Position numbers and translations under genes: made by a program. A stretch of DNA of 64,000 nucleotides. Origin: Eledone cirrhosa (Eukaryota). Under the pieces are notes generated by a model. It did no database searches. It was not told where the DNA came from and saw nothing but the letters and a program-made list of their open reading frames with translations. Position 1 is the first letter of the stretch. The number at the start of each line of letters is the position of its first letter. Location: NCBI GenBank assembly GCA_964016885.1, contig OZ024742.1, positions 235,910,001-235,974,000 on the forward strand, read 5' to 3'. This document shows positions 50,897-63,930 of this stretch, piece after piece.

Positions 50897-51230
50897 AGCC
50901 ACGTTCTAAATAAATACGTACTAGTAATTATAGCGTTAATACTAGTTGTAACTGAGACTCTGACTGACTGTTAATTTGGAGAGGCATTTTTTGTTACTTT
51001 TATAACTTTCATTTATTTTATCATGTTTTGAGTTGTCGAGGTTTTTTAGGTCTTTTGGTCACTTCTTAAATCAATAGTCCACTTCTCAATCATATCAAAA
51101 TATCAATAAATCAATAACATAGCCTCATCCAGTATATGAAGTGGCCAATTGTTGAAAGTGTAATGGTAGCTGTGCGAATTAACATAATATGGTTGCGATT
51201 TGTAATATAATGTGTATTTATTTACCAGTT

Positions 51231-51303
51231 GGCTCGTTGGTCTAGGGGTATGACTTTTAGCTCAGGCTGCAAGAGGTCCCGGATTCATATTCTGGACGAG
51301 CCC
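51231..51303 (+). pseudogene. tRNA-Pro-like slot D
   Basis: Array copy. Confidence 0.7.
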
Positions 51304-51707
51304 AATCGTTTAGAAACATTTTTTTAAAAATTATAAACCTATTTTCTGTCGCACTTTGTATACTTAGATGGAATGTATATTTAAATGTATATGCGCAAAA
51401 CAATAAAGAAAACTGTCTAATTAGTTGATTATTCTATCATAACCATATTTTTTAACAAACAAGGAAAAGTTACAACTTTATAATTTCATGTTATACATTT
51501 ATTATTATTGAAAAGTTAAAACCATAACCTTAGACCAGCCGGTTCATTTGTAGAAGGTTGCTTTAGATAAAACCTTCTAAAGCGTGTTTGAAGGCACAGT
51601 CCCCACGGTTCTCTCAAGAATTGTAAACATTTATCATTGATAATCTTGCAGCTTAAGATGCTTCAAGAAGAAGAAAAAGAAAAAAAAAACTTTTAAAATG
51701 ATAAGTT

Positions 51708-51779
51708 GGGCTCGTCCGGGATTTGAACTCGGGACCTCTCGCACCCAAAGCGAGAATCATACCCCTAGACCAACGAGCC
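51708..51779 (-). tRNA. trnP-TGG: tRNA-Pro(UGG) slot E with G52>A
   Basis: Same allele as 46678. Confidence 0.7.
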
Positions 51780-52903
51780 ACGTGCAACGCCCTGATTTAA
51801 TATATACTAATAATTATACTTTTAATGTTAGTTGTACCTGATTCTCTGACTAACTGTTATGTTGGAAAGACAATTTTTTGTTTCTTTTTTAACCTTAATT
51901 TATTGTATTATGTTGCCTGATGTCGAGATTTTCTACGTCACCCGGTCCACCCTTTAATCTATAGTCCGCTTCTCAATCATATCAAAATACCAATAAATCA
52001 ATAACATCTACTCTATAATCAAAATTGGCTCTACAACATCACACTTTTATAGAACATATGACGAATAGGCTACGTTGCCGGTCACGGCAAAATAGATAAA
52101 CATGCTTTATAAGCATAATACACATGTAAACCCTTATTTTGCCACTAAATAATAAATAGTGTTTTAGAACCCAGGTATTGACTAATATCTTTAACCCAGG
52201 AGATGACTTTCTGCTAAAATTTTTAATTTCGCAAATATTTGACTTACTGCTAACATTCATAATTTCGAAAATATTCCACTCTGCTAAAATTCTAAAATCA
52301 TAGAAAAGGGTACCACCACTCTATCTTTTTTTTTTCACATTTGGTAACACTCTGTGATGGAAAAAGAAGCCCAATTAAAAAAATAAATGCAAGCACTATA
52401 TCATTTCTAAGTAACAAAAACTATTTACATCTTTTTACGTTTTCAAGGCCTGATTTATATGGAAAATAATAATAATAAAACACTATAGACGTCGATCAGC
52501 ATTGGTCACTCTGCTTTACTTGTAGTATTTTACATACTGGGTTTTAAAAGAAACCATAGGGGTTGTGGGAAACGTCGAGATCAAATGGAAAGTGAACTCG
52601 GGAACTCCGACATTCGAAGATAGAAATGTAATCCCAAGACTAATAATCCCTCACTTCTTCGTCTATATAAACTATTGTATTTAAGTTAAAACCACAACCT
52701 TAGACTAGCCGGATCATTTGTAGACGGTTGCTTTTTATAACACCTTTTGGAAAGCGTGTCTGAGGGCACGGTCTCCACGACCCTCTCAAGAATTGTTAAC
52801 GTTTATCACTGAAAAGGTTGCAGCTTAAAATCCTTCAAACAGAAGTAGAAGAAAAATAAATATTTGTGTACTGAACAAGAACTCAAAAAATAAAAGAGAG
52901 GTT

Positions 52904-52969
52904 GGGCTCGTCCGGGATTTGAACCCGGGACCTCTCGCACCCAAAGCGAGAATCATAGACCAACGAGCC
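52904..52969 (-). pseudogene. tRNA-Pro(UGG) slot F
   Basis: D-loop deletion. Confidence 0.85.
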
Positions 52970-53208
52970 ACGCACAGCAGTGGTCACTCAGATTTACATG
53001 TAGTATTTTACATATTGGCTTTAAAAGGAAACAATAGGGGGTGTGAGAAAAGGTGAGATCAATCGGAAATTGAACTCGGGAACTCCGACACTCGTAGCTA
53101 GAAATATACCCCTAGAAAAATAAATCTACTTCGTCTATGTAAACTATTGTAGTTGTCTCTAGGCGATAAAAATTCACTTCTCATACATAATTATTACTAC
53201 TTTCTAAA

Positions 53209-53869
53209 GTCGTATAAACATGTAAATGGAGTTCCACTGAAGCAGGTGGGGAAATTCAATTATTTCGGGGTCGTGTTCACGTGTGATGGAAGCCAGGAGG
53301 CTGACTTAAGTGCAAGAATTACAGGAGGTTGTGCAGTAATACGCCAGATTTAGCATATAGCAATGAGAAGAAGGGGAGTAGGCGTAAAACCAAACTTGTT
53401 ATCTTCAATTCTGTATTCGTGCCAAGCCAAACCTATGGTCAATAATCTTGAATAATGAACTAAAGAATACGATCACGAATACTAGCAGGCGAAATGGGGT
53501 TCCACCGAAGGGTCTTTGGACAAACGTTAATCGATAAAGTGCGTAACTCGGAGACCAGAGAGTCACTAAAATAGAGCCGCTACTTCTCCGAATTGAGAGA
53601 TTACAACTCCGATACTACGGGCATGTAGTTAGATTGGCTCAGTAAAGAATCGCTGGACAGATTTTACGGGCAAAACCAAGCTGCGGGAGACCCAGTGGTA
53701 CACTACGATCAAGGTGGTTGGATAACATCCATGAGCTTGGCTAGTCTTGCTTGGTGTTACAGCAGGGTCTATTGGAGACGGTAGCTTCTGACAAGGACCC
53801 GCTGGTAGGTGCGTTTAAGGACTCTATTCCCACGACCCTTTCAGTAATAAGTAGGGGAAGGAGTATATT
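53209..53869 (+). mobile_element. RTE 3' fragment, unit 4
   Basis: Array copy. Confidence 0.8.
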
Positions 53870-54884
53870 AATGTTCAGCAGCTGGGTCGTTAGTTATGGA
53901 TCTGATCTACTTTGCTTGCGGGGAGTGAGTGGGTCCCAGTTCCAAATCTCGAATAAGTTCTTTCTTGTTTCTCGATTTAATAAACTATTTTAAAATAAAT
54001 GCCGCGTTATGTTTAATTCTAGTAAATACATTGTAGTAATACAATGATTCTCGATTTCGATTATATCGACTCAATGTTCAAAGTACAAATTATCCAGAGT
54101 GGATTTTCTTTTCATTTTAATGTATTTTGTTTGGTTCAAGTAATTAATATCTTCATACTAATATCTTTCCATGAAGGAATAATGAAATGAAAGAGCCGAA
54201 CATCTCTTTTAAAATATCGATAAAGAATATATTTGTTGAAAATGTGAAAATCCTTTGACTCGAGGTACGATTCTCGCTTTGAGAACAAGATGCTACGAGT
54301 TCAAATCCTAGATGAGTCCTTTTTAATTTAAAACGAGTACTTTTAAATTTACTTTTCATATAATTTCTTACAGCCCAGCAGAAAATAGCGTTAGAATCAT
54401 AAAATTTAATTAGGGCTCATCCGGGATATGAAAGCCTTTCCCCTCGACGCCTAAGCGAAAATCATTCACCAAAACCAAGGAGACCACTGATTAAAAACTT
54501 CCAATTATATTATAAATAGTAAACGTGTTATATCAAATTTAAAATACCTAACATATCTTATATTGTCTGTGAGAAACAACAAAGAAAACTGTCTACTTTG
54601 CTGATTATTCTATCATAAGCATATTCTTTAACAAATAAGGCAACGTTACAACTTTATAATTTCGTGTTATTCATTTATCATTATTGAAAAGATAAAAACA
54701 TAAACTTTGACCAGCCGGTCCATTTGTAGATGGTTGTTTCATATACAACCTTCTTGAAAGTGTGTTTGAGAGCAGTCACCACGGCTGCCCTGTCAAGAAT
54801 TGTTAATATTCAAAAGCAAGAAGAAGAAAAAGCTTTCGAATATTGAAGAAAACCCCTTTTGAAAGCAAAAAAAAATTGAAGGAT

Positions 54885-54956
54885 GGGCTCGCCCGGGATT
54901 TGAACCCGGGACCTCTCGCACCCAAAGCGAGAATCATACCCCTAGACCAACGAGCC
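54885..54956 (-). tRNA. trnP-TGG: tRNA-Pro(UGG) slot A
   Basis: Array copy. Confidence 0.92.
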
Positions 54957-55336
54957 AATCATTATTATCTGCTTAAATATATCCTAGTAATTATAGTTTG
55001 AATGTTACATGTAAAAGAGACTCTGACTGACTGTTATGTTGGGAACATTTTTTGTTTGTTTGCTTTTTAATTTTAATTTATTTTATTATGTTTCTACATG
55101 TCTAGGATTTTTAGGACACCCGGTCTATTCTTCAAACTTAATTCCACTTCTCAATCATGTCCAAATATCAATAAATCAATAACATCAACCCAATAATCAC
55201 AATTGACGACATAACATTATTATTACACTTTTTTTATAAAGCATATGACGTGGCCAATTGCAGAAAGTGTCATATATTTGCAAAGTAATATAAACTTACT
55301 GCTTTTAGTATATTAATTTGAACGTATTTACCAGTT

Positions 55337-55408
55337 GGTTCGTTGGTCTAGGGGTATGATTTTCGCTTAGGGTGCGAGAGGTCCCGGGTTCAAATCCCGG
55401 ACGAGCCC
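55337..55408 (+). tRNA. trnP-AGG: tRNA-Pro(AGG) slot B
   Basis: Array copy. Confidence 0.9.
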
Positions 55409-55854
55409 AAGCTTTTTGGAATTTTTTTTAACATAAGGCTATTTTCTGTCACACTGTGTTGACTTGGATGTAATGTATATGTTTTTCAGGTATCATCTAA
55501 TCTTTTTTTTACTTTTTAGAACTATTAGTATAACAGTCTGTGATGAAAAAAAAAGCTCAATTTAAAACAACTAAATGCAAGCTCTATATAATTTCTGAGT
55601 AACAGAGAGTATTTACATCTGTTTACGTTTCCGTGGTCTGGTTTATATGCAGAAAAATAGTAAAACTCTACAGACGTCGATCAGTATTGGTCACTCAGAT
55701 TTACTTGTAGTATTTAACATATTGGATTTAAAAGAAAACAATAGGGGTTGTGGCAAACGTCGAGATCATCCGGAAAGAAGAACAAGAAAAGGAACTTTTG
55801 TGTACTGAACAAAAACTGTTTTGTCTTTTTTGAAAAAAAATAAGAGGTTATAAT

Positions 55855-55926
55855 GAGCTGGTCAAGGATTTGAAGCCGTGATCTCTCGCACCCAAAGCGA
55901 GAATCATACCCCTAGACCAAAGAGCC
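55855..55926 (-). pseudogene. tRNA-Pro(UGG) slot C
   Basis: Array copy. Confidence 0.8.
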
Positions 55927-56260
55927 AGCCACGTTCTAAATAAATACGTACTAGTAATTATAGCGTTAATACTAGTTGTAACTGAGACTCTGACTGACTG
56001 TTAATTTGGAGAGGCATTTTTTGTTTCTTTTATAACTTTCATTTATTTTATCATGTTTTGAGTTGTCGAGGTTTTTTAGGTCTTTTGGTCACTTCTTAAA
56101 TCAATAGTCCACTTCTCAATCATATCAAAATATCAATAAATCAATAACATAGCCTCATCCAGTATATGAAGTGGCCAATTGTTGAAAGTGTAATGGTAGC
56201 TGTGCGAATTAACATAATATGGTTGCGATTTGTAATATAATGTGTATTTATTTACCAGTT

Positions 56261-56333
56261 GGCTCGTTGGTCTAGGGGTATGACTTTTAGCTCAGGCTGC
56301 AAGAGGTCCCGGATTCATATTCTGGACGAGCCC
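56261..56333 (+). pseudogene. tRNA-Pro-like slot D
   Basis: Array copy. Confidence 0.7.
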
Positions 56334-56737
56334 AATCGTTTAGAAACATTTTTTTTTTAATTATAAACCTATTTTCTGTCGCACTTTGTATACTTAGATG
56401 GAATGTATATTTAAATGTATATGCGCAAAACAATAAAGAAAACTGTCTAATTAGTTGATTATTCTATCATAACCATATTTTTTAACAAACAAGGAAAAGT
56501 TACAACTTTATAATTTCATGTTATACATTTATTATTATTGAAAAGTTAAAACCATAAACTTAGACCAGCCGGTTCATTTGTAGAAGGTTGCTTTAGATAA
56601 AACCTTCTAAAGCGTGTTTGAAGGCACAGTCCCCACGGTTCTCTCAAGAATTGTAAACATTTATCATTGATAATCTTGCAGCTTAAGATGCTTCAAGAAG
56701 AAGAAAAAGAAAAAAAAAACTTTTAAAATGATAAGTT

Positions 56738-56809
56738 GGGCTCGTCCGGGATTTTAACCCGGGACCTCTCGCACCCAAAGCGAGAATCATACCCCTAGAC
56801 CAACGAGCC
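56738..56809 (-). pseudogene. tRNA-Pro(UGG) slot E with C56>A
   Basis: Same allele as 41648. Confidence 0.7.
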
Positions 56810-57933
56810 ACGTGCAACACACTGATTTAATATATACTAATAATTATACTTTTAATGTTAGTTGTACCTGATTCTCTGACTGACTGTTATGTTGGAAAGA
56901 CAATTTTTTGTTTCTTTTTTAACCTTAATTTATTGTATTATGTTTCCTGATGTCGAGATTTTCTACGTCACCCGGTCCACCCTTTAATCTATAGTCCGCT
57001 TCTCAATCATATCAAAATACCAATAAATCAATAACATCTACTCTATAATCAAAATTGGCTCTACAACATCACACTTTTATAGAACATATGACGAATAGGC
57101 TACGTTGCCGGTCACGGCAAAGTAGATAAACATGCTTTATAAGCATAATACACATGTAAACCCTTATTTTGCCACTAAATAATAAATAGTGTTTTAGAAC
57201 CCAGGTATTGACTAATATCTTTAACCCAGGAGATGACTTTCTGCTAAAATTTTTAATTTCGCAAATATTTGACTTACTGCTAACATTCGTAATTTCGAAA
57301 ATATTCCACTCTGCTAAAATTCTAAAATCATAGAAAAGGGTACCACCACTCTATCTTTTTTTTTTCACATTTGGTAACACTCTGTGATGGAAAAAGAAGC
57401 CCAATTAAAAAAATAAATGCAAGCACTATATCATTTCTAAGTAACAAAAACTATTTACATCTTTTTATGTTTTCAAAGCCTGATTTATATGGAAAATAAT
57501 AATAATAAAACACTATAGACGTCGACCAGCATTGGTCACTCTGCTTTACTTGTAGTATTTTACATACTGGGTTTTAAAAGAAACCATAGGGGTTGTGGGA
57601 AACGTCGAGATCAAATGGAAAGTGAACTCGGGAACTCCGACATTCGAAGATAGAAATGTAATCCCAAGACTAATAATCCCTCACTTCTTCGTCTATATAA
57701 ACTATTGTATTTAAGTTAAAACCACAACCTTAGACTAGCCGGATCATTTGTAGACGGTTGCTTTTTATAACACCTTTTGGAAAGCGTGTCTGAGGGCACG
57801 GTCTCCACGACCCTCTCAAGAATTGTTAACGTTTATCACTGAAAAGGTTGCAGCTTAAAATCCTTCAAACAGAAGTAGAAGAAAAATAAATATTTGTGTA
57901 CTGAACAAGAACTCAAAAAATAAAAGAGAGGTT

Positions 57934-57999
57934 GGGCTCGTCCGGGATTTGAACCCGGGACCTCTCGCACCCAAAGCGAGAATCATAGACCAACGAGCC
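57934..57999 (-). pseudogene. tRNA-Pro(UGG) slot F
   Basis: D-loop deletion. Confidence 0.85.
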
Positions 58000-58238
58000 A
58001 CGCACAGCAGTGGTCACTCAGATTTACATGTAGTATTTTACATATTGGCTTTAAAAGGAAACAATAGGGGGTGTGAGAAAAGGTGAGATCAATCGGAAAT
58101 TGAACTCGGGAACTCCGACACTCGTAGCTAGAAATATACCCCTAGAAAAATAAATCTACTTCGTCTATGTAAACTATTGTAGTTGTCTCTAGGCGATAAA
58201 AATTCACTTCTCATACATAATTATTACTACTTTCTAAA

Positions 58239-58899
58239 GTCGTATAAACATGTAAATGGAGTTCCACTGAAGCAGGTGGGGAAATTCAATTATTTCGGGG
58301 TCGTGTTCACGTGTGATGGAAGCCAGGAGGCTGACTTAAGTGCAAGAATTACAGGAGGTTGTGCAGTAATACGCCAGATTTAGCATATAGCAATGAGAAG
58401 AAGGGGAGTAGGCGTAAAACCAAACTTGTTATCTTCAATTCTGTATTCGTGCCAAGCCAAACCTATGGTCAATAATCTTGAATAATGAACTAAAGAATAC
58501 GATCACGAATACTAGCAGGCGAAATGGGGTTCCACCGAAGGGTCTTTGGACAAACGTTAATCGATAAAGTGCGTAACTCGGAGACCAGAGAGTCACTAAA
58601 ATAGAGCCGCTACTTCTCCGAATTGAGAGATTACAACTCCGATACTACGGGCATGTAGTTAGATTGGCTCAGTAAAGAATCGCTGGACAGATTTTACGGG
58701 CAAAACCAAGCTGCGGGAGACCCAGTGGTACACTACGATCAAGGTGGTTGGATAACATCCATGAGCTTGGCTAGTCTTGCTTGGTGTTACAGCAGGGTCT
58801 ATTGGAGACGGTAGCTTCTGACAAGGACCCGCTGGTAGGTGCGTTTAAGGACTCTATCCCCACGACCCTTTCAGTAATAAGTAGGGGAAGGAGTATATT
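58239..58899 (+). mobile_element. RTE 3' fragment, unit 5
   Basis: Array copy. Confidence 0.8.
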
Positions 58900-59914
58900 A
58901 ATGTTCAGCAGCTGGGTCGTTAGTTATGGATCTGATCTACTTTGCTTGCGGGGAGTGAGTGGGTCCCAGTTCCAAATCTCGAATAAGTTCTTTCTTGTTT
59001 CTCGATTTAATAAACTATTTTAAAATAAATGCCGCGTTATGTTTAATTCTAGTAAATACATTGTAGTAATACAATGATTCTCGATTTCGATTATATCGAC
59101 TCAATGTTCAAAGTACAAATTATCCAGAGTGGATTTTCTTTTCATTTTAATGTATTTTGTTTGGTTCAAGTAATTAATATCTTCATACTAATATCTTTCC
59201 ATGAAGGAATAATGAAATGAAAGAGCCGAACATCTCTTTTAAAATATCGATAAAGAATATATTTGTTGAAAATGTGAAAATCCTTTGACTCGAGGTACGA
59301 TTCTCGCTTTGAGAACAAGATGCTACGAGTTCAAATCCTAGATGAGTCCTTTTTAATTTAAAACGAGTACTTTTAAATTTACTTTTCATATAATTTCTTA
59401 CAGCCCAGCAGAAAATAGCGTTAGAATCATAAAATTTAATTAGGGCTCATCCGGGATATGAAAGCCTTTCCCCTCGACGCCTAAGCGAAAATCATTCACC
59501 AAAACCAAGGAGACCACTGATTAAAAACTTCCAATTATATTATAAATAGTAAACGTGTTATATCAAATTTAAAATACCTAACATATCTTATATTGTCTGT
59601 GAGAAACAACAAAGAAAACTGTCTACTTTGCTGATTATTCTATCATAAGCATATTCTTTAACAAATAAGGCAACGTTACAACTTTATAATTTCGTGTTAT
59701 TCATTTATCATTATTGAAAAGATAAAAACATAAACTTTGACCAGCCGGTCCATTTGTAGATGGTTGTTTCATATACAACCTTCTTGAAAGTGTGTTTGAG
59801 AGCAGTCACCACGGCTGCCCTGTCAAGAATTGTTAATATTCAAAAGCAAGAAGAAGAAAAAGCTTTCGAATATTGAAGAAAACCCCTTTTGAAAGCAAAA
59901 AAAAATTGAAGGAT

Positions 59915-59986
59915 GGGCTCGCCCGGGATTTGAACCCGGGACCTCTCGCACCCAAAGCGAGAATCATACCCCTAGACCAACGAGCC
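59915..59986 (-). tRNA. trnP-TGG: tRNA-Pro(UGG) slot A
   Basis: Array copy. Confidence 0.92.
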
Positions 59987-60366
59987 AATCATTATTATCT
60001 GCTTAAATATATCCTAGTAATTATAGTTTGAATGTTACATGTAAAAGAGACTCTGACTGACTGTTATGTTGGGAACATTTTTTGTTTGTTTGCTTTTTAA
60101 TTTTAATTTATTTTATTATGTTTCTACATGTCTAGGATTTTGAGGACACCCGGTCTATTCTTCAAACTTAATTCCACTTCTCAATCATGTCCAAATATCA
60201 ATAAATCAATAACATCAACCCAATAATCACAATTGACGACATAACATTATTATTACACTTTTTTTATAAAGCATATGACGTGGCCAATTGCAGAAAGTGT
60301 CATATATTTGCAAAGTAATATAAACTTACTGCTTTTAGTATATTAATTTGAACGTATTTACCAGTT

Positions 60367-60438
60367 GGTTCGTTGGTCTAGGGGTATGATTTTCGCTTAG
60401 GGTGCGAGAGGTCCCGGGTTCAAATCCCGGACGAGCCC
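60367..60438 (+). tRNA. trnP-AGG: tRNA-Pro(AGG) slot B
   Basis: Array copy. Confidence 0.9.
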
Positions 60439-60884
60439 AAGCTTTTTGGAATTTTTTTTAACATAAGGCTATTTTCTGTCACACTGTGTTGACTTGGATG
60501 TAATGTATATGTTTTTCAGGTATCATCTAATCTTTTTTTTACTTTTTAGAACTATTAGTATAACAGTCTGTGATGAAAAAAAAAGCTCAATTTAAAACAA
60601 CTAAATGCAAGCTCTATATAATTTCTGAGTAACAGAGAGTATTTACATCTGTTTACGTTTCCGTGGTCTGGTTTATATGCAGAAAAATAGTAAAACTCTA
60701 CAGACGTCGATCAGTATTGGTCACTCAGATTTACTTGTAGTATTTAACATATTGGATTTAAAAGAAAACAATAGGGGTTGTGGCAAACGTCGAGATCATC
60801 CGGAAAGAAGAACAAGAAAAGGAACTTTTGTGTACTGAACAAAAACTGTTTTGTTTTTTTTGAAAAAAAATAAGAGGTTATAAT

Positions 60885-60956
60885 GAGCTGGTCAAGGATT
60901 TGAAGCCGTGATCTCTCGCACCCAAAGCGAGAATCATACCCCTAGACCAAAGAGCC
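60885..60956 (-). pseudogene. tRNA-Pro(UGG) slot C
   Basis: Array copy. Confidence 0.8.
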
Positions 60957-61290
60957 AGCCACGTTCTAAATAAATACGTACTAGTAATTATAGCGTTAAT
61001 ACTAGTTGTAACTGAGACTCTGACTGACTGTTAATTTGGAGAGGCATTTTTTGTTACTTTTATAACTTTCATTTATTTTATCTTGTTTTGAGTTGTCGAG
61101 GTTTTTTAGGTCTTTTGGTCACTTCTTAAATCAATAGTCCACTTCTCAATCATATCAAAATATCAATAAATCAATAACATAGCCTCATCCAGTATATGAA
61201 GTGGCCAATTGTTGAAAGTGTAATGGTAGCTGTGCGAATTAACATAATATGGTTGCGATTTGTAATATAATGTGTATTTATTTACCAGTT

Positions 61291-61363
61291 GGCTCGTTGG
61301 TCTAGGGGTATGACTTTTAGCTCAGGCTGCAAGAGGTCCCGGATTCATATTCTGGACGAGCCC
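61291..61363 (+). pseudogene. tRNA-Pro-like slot D
   Basis: Array copy. Confidence 0.7.
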
Positions 61364-61767
61364 AATCGTTTAGAAACATTTTTTTAAAAATTATAAACCT
61401 ATTTTCTGTCGCACTTTGTATACTTAGATGGAATGTATATTTAAATGTATATGCGCAAAACAATAAAGAAAACTGTCTAATTAGTTGATTATTCTATCAT
61501 AACCATATTTTTTAACAAACAAGGAAAAGTTACAACTTTATAATTTCATGTTATACATTTATTATTATTGAAAAGTTAAAACCATAACCTTAGACCAGCC
61601 GGTTCATTTGTAGAAGGTTGCTTTAGATAAAACCTTCTAAAGCGTGTTTGAAGGCACAGTCCCCACGGTTCTCTCAAGAATTGTAAACATTTATCATTGA
61701 TAATCTTGCAGCTTAAGATGCTTCAAGAAGAAGAAAAAGAAAAAAAAAACTTTTAAAATGATAAGTT

Positions 61768-61840
61768 GGGCTCGTCCGGGATTTGAACTCGGGACCTCTC
61801 GCACCCAAAGCGAGAATCATACCCCCTAGACCAACGAGCC
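61768..61840 (-). tRNA. trnP-TGG: tRNA-Pro(UGG) slot E with G52>A and one extra G in the D loop
   Basis: ACCCCCTAG (five C) gives 73 nt; may be a homopolymer sequencing error. Confidence 0.6.
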
Positions 61841-62964
61841 ACGTGCAACGCCCTGATTTAATATATACTAATAATTATACTTTTAATGTTAGTTGTACCT
61901 GATTCTCTGACTAACTGTTATGTTGGAAAGACAATTTTTTGTTTCTTTTTTAACCTTAATTTATTGTATTATGTTGCCTGATGTCGAGATTTTCTACGTC
62001 ACCCGGTCCACCCTTTAATCTATAGTCCGCTTCTCAATCATATCAAAATACCAATAAATCAATAACATCTACTCTATAATCAAAATTGGCTCTACAACAT
62101 CACACTTTTATAGAACATATGACGAATAGGCTACGTTGCCGGTCACGGCAAAATAGATAAACATGCTTTATAAGCATAATACACATGTAAACCCTTATTT
62201 TGCCACTAAATAATAAATAGTGTTTTAGAACCCAGGTATTGACTAATATCTTTAACCCAGGAGATGACTTTCTGCTAAAATTTTTAATTTCGCAAATATT
62301 TGACTTACTGCTAACATTCGTAATTTCGAAAATATTCCACTCTGCTAAAATTCTAAAATCATAGAAAAGGGTACCACCACTCTATCTTTTTTTTTTCACA
62401 TTTGGTAACACTCTGTGATGGAAAAAGAAGCCCAATTAAAAAAATAAATGCAAGCACTATATCATTTCTAAGTAACAAAAACTATTTACATCTTTTTACG
62501 TTTTCAAGGCCTGATTTATATGGAAAATAATAATAATAAAACACTATAGACGTCGATCAGCATTGGTCACTCTGCTTTACTTGTAGTATTTTACATACTG
62601 GGTTTTAAAAGAAACCATAGGGGTTGTGGGAAACGTCGAGATCAAATGGAAAGTGAACTCGGGAACTCCGACATTCGAAGATAGAAATGTAATCCCAAGA
62701 CTAATAATCCCTCACTTCTTCGTCTATATAAACTATTGTATTTAAGTTAAAACCACAACCTTAGACTAGCCGGATCATTTGTAGACGGTTGCTTTTTATA
62801 ACACCTTTTGGAAAGCGTGTCTGAGGGCACGGTCTCCACGACCCTCTCAAGAATTGTTAACGTTTATCACTGAAAAGGTTGCAGCTTAAAATCCTTCAAA
62901 CAGAAGTAGAAGAAAAATAAATATTTGTGTACTGAACAAGAACTCAAAAAATAAAAGAGAGGTT

Positions 62965-63030
62965 GGGCTCGTCCGGGATTTGAACCCGGGACCTCTCGCA
63001 CCCAAAGCGAGAATCATAGACCAACGAGCC
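62965..63030 (-). pseudogene. tRNA-Pro(UGG) slot F
   Basis: D-loop deletion. Confidence 0.85.
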
Positions 63031-63269
63031 ACGCACAGCAGTGGTCACTCAGATTTACATGTAGTATTTTACATATTGGCTTTAAAAGGAAACAATAGGG
63101 GGTGTGAGAAAAGGTGAGATCAATCGGAAATTGAACTCGGGAACTCCGACACTCGTAGCTAGAAATATACCCCTAGAAAAATAAATCTACTTCGTCTATG
63201 TAAACTATTGTAGTTGTCTCTAGGCGATAAAAATTCACTTCTCATACATAATTATTACTACTTTCTAAA

Positions 63270-63930
63270 GTCGTATAAACATGTAAATGGAGTTCCACTG
63301 AAGCAGGTGGGGAAATTCAATTATTTCGGGGTCGTGTTCACGTGTGATGGAAGCCAGGAGGCTGACTTAAGTGCAAGAATTACAGGAGGTTGTGCAGTAA
63401 TACGCCAGATTTAGCATATAGCAATGAGAAGAAGGGGAGTAGGCGTAAAACCAAACTTGTTATCTTCAATTCTGTATTCGTGCCAAGCCAAACCTATGGT
63501 CAATAATCTTGAATAATGAACTAAAGAATACGATCACGAATACTAGCAGGCGAAATGGGGTTCCACCGAAGGGTCTTTGGACAAACGTTAATCGATAAAG
63601 TGCGTAACTCGGAGACCAGAGAGTCACTAAAATAGAGCCGCTACTTCTCCGAATTGAGAGATTACAACTCCGATACTACGGGCATGTAGTTAGATTGGCT
63701 CAGTAAAGAATCGCTGGACAGATTTTACGGGCAAAACCAAGCTGCGGGAGACCCAGTGGTACACTACGATCAAGGTGGTTGGATAACATCCATGAGCTTG
63801 GCTAGTCTTGCTTGGTGTTACAGCAGGGTCTATTGGAGACGGTAGCTTCTGACAAGGACCCGCTGGTAGGTGCGTTTAAGGACTCTATCCCCACGACCCT
63901 TTCAGTAATAAGTAGGGGAAGGAGTATATT
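63270..63930 (+). mobile_element. RTE 3' fragment, unit 6
   Basis: Array copy. Confidence 0.8.
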
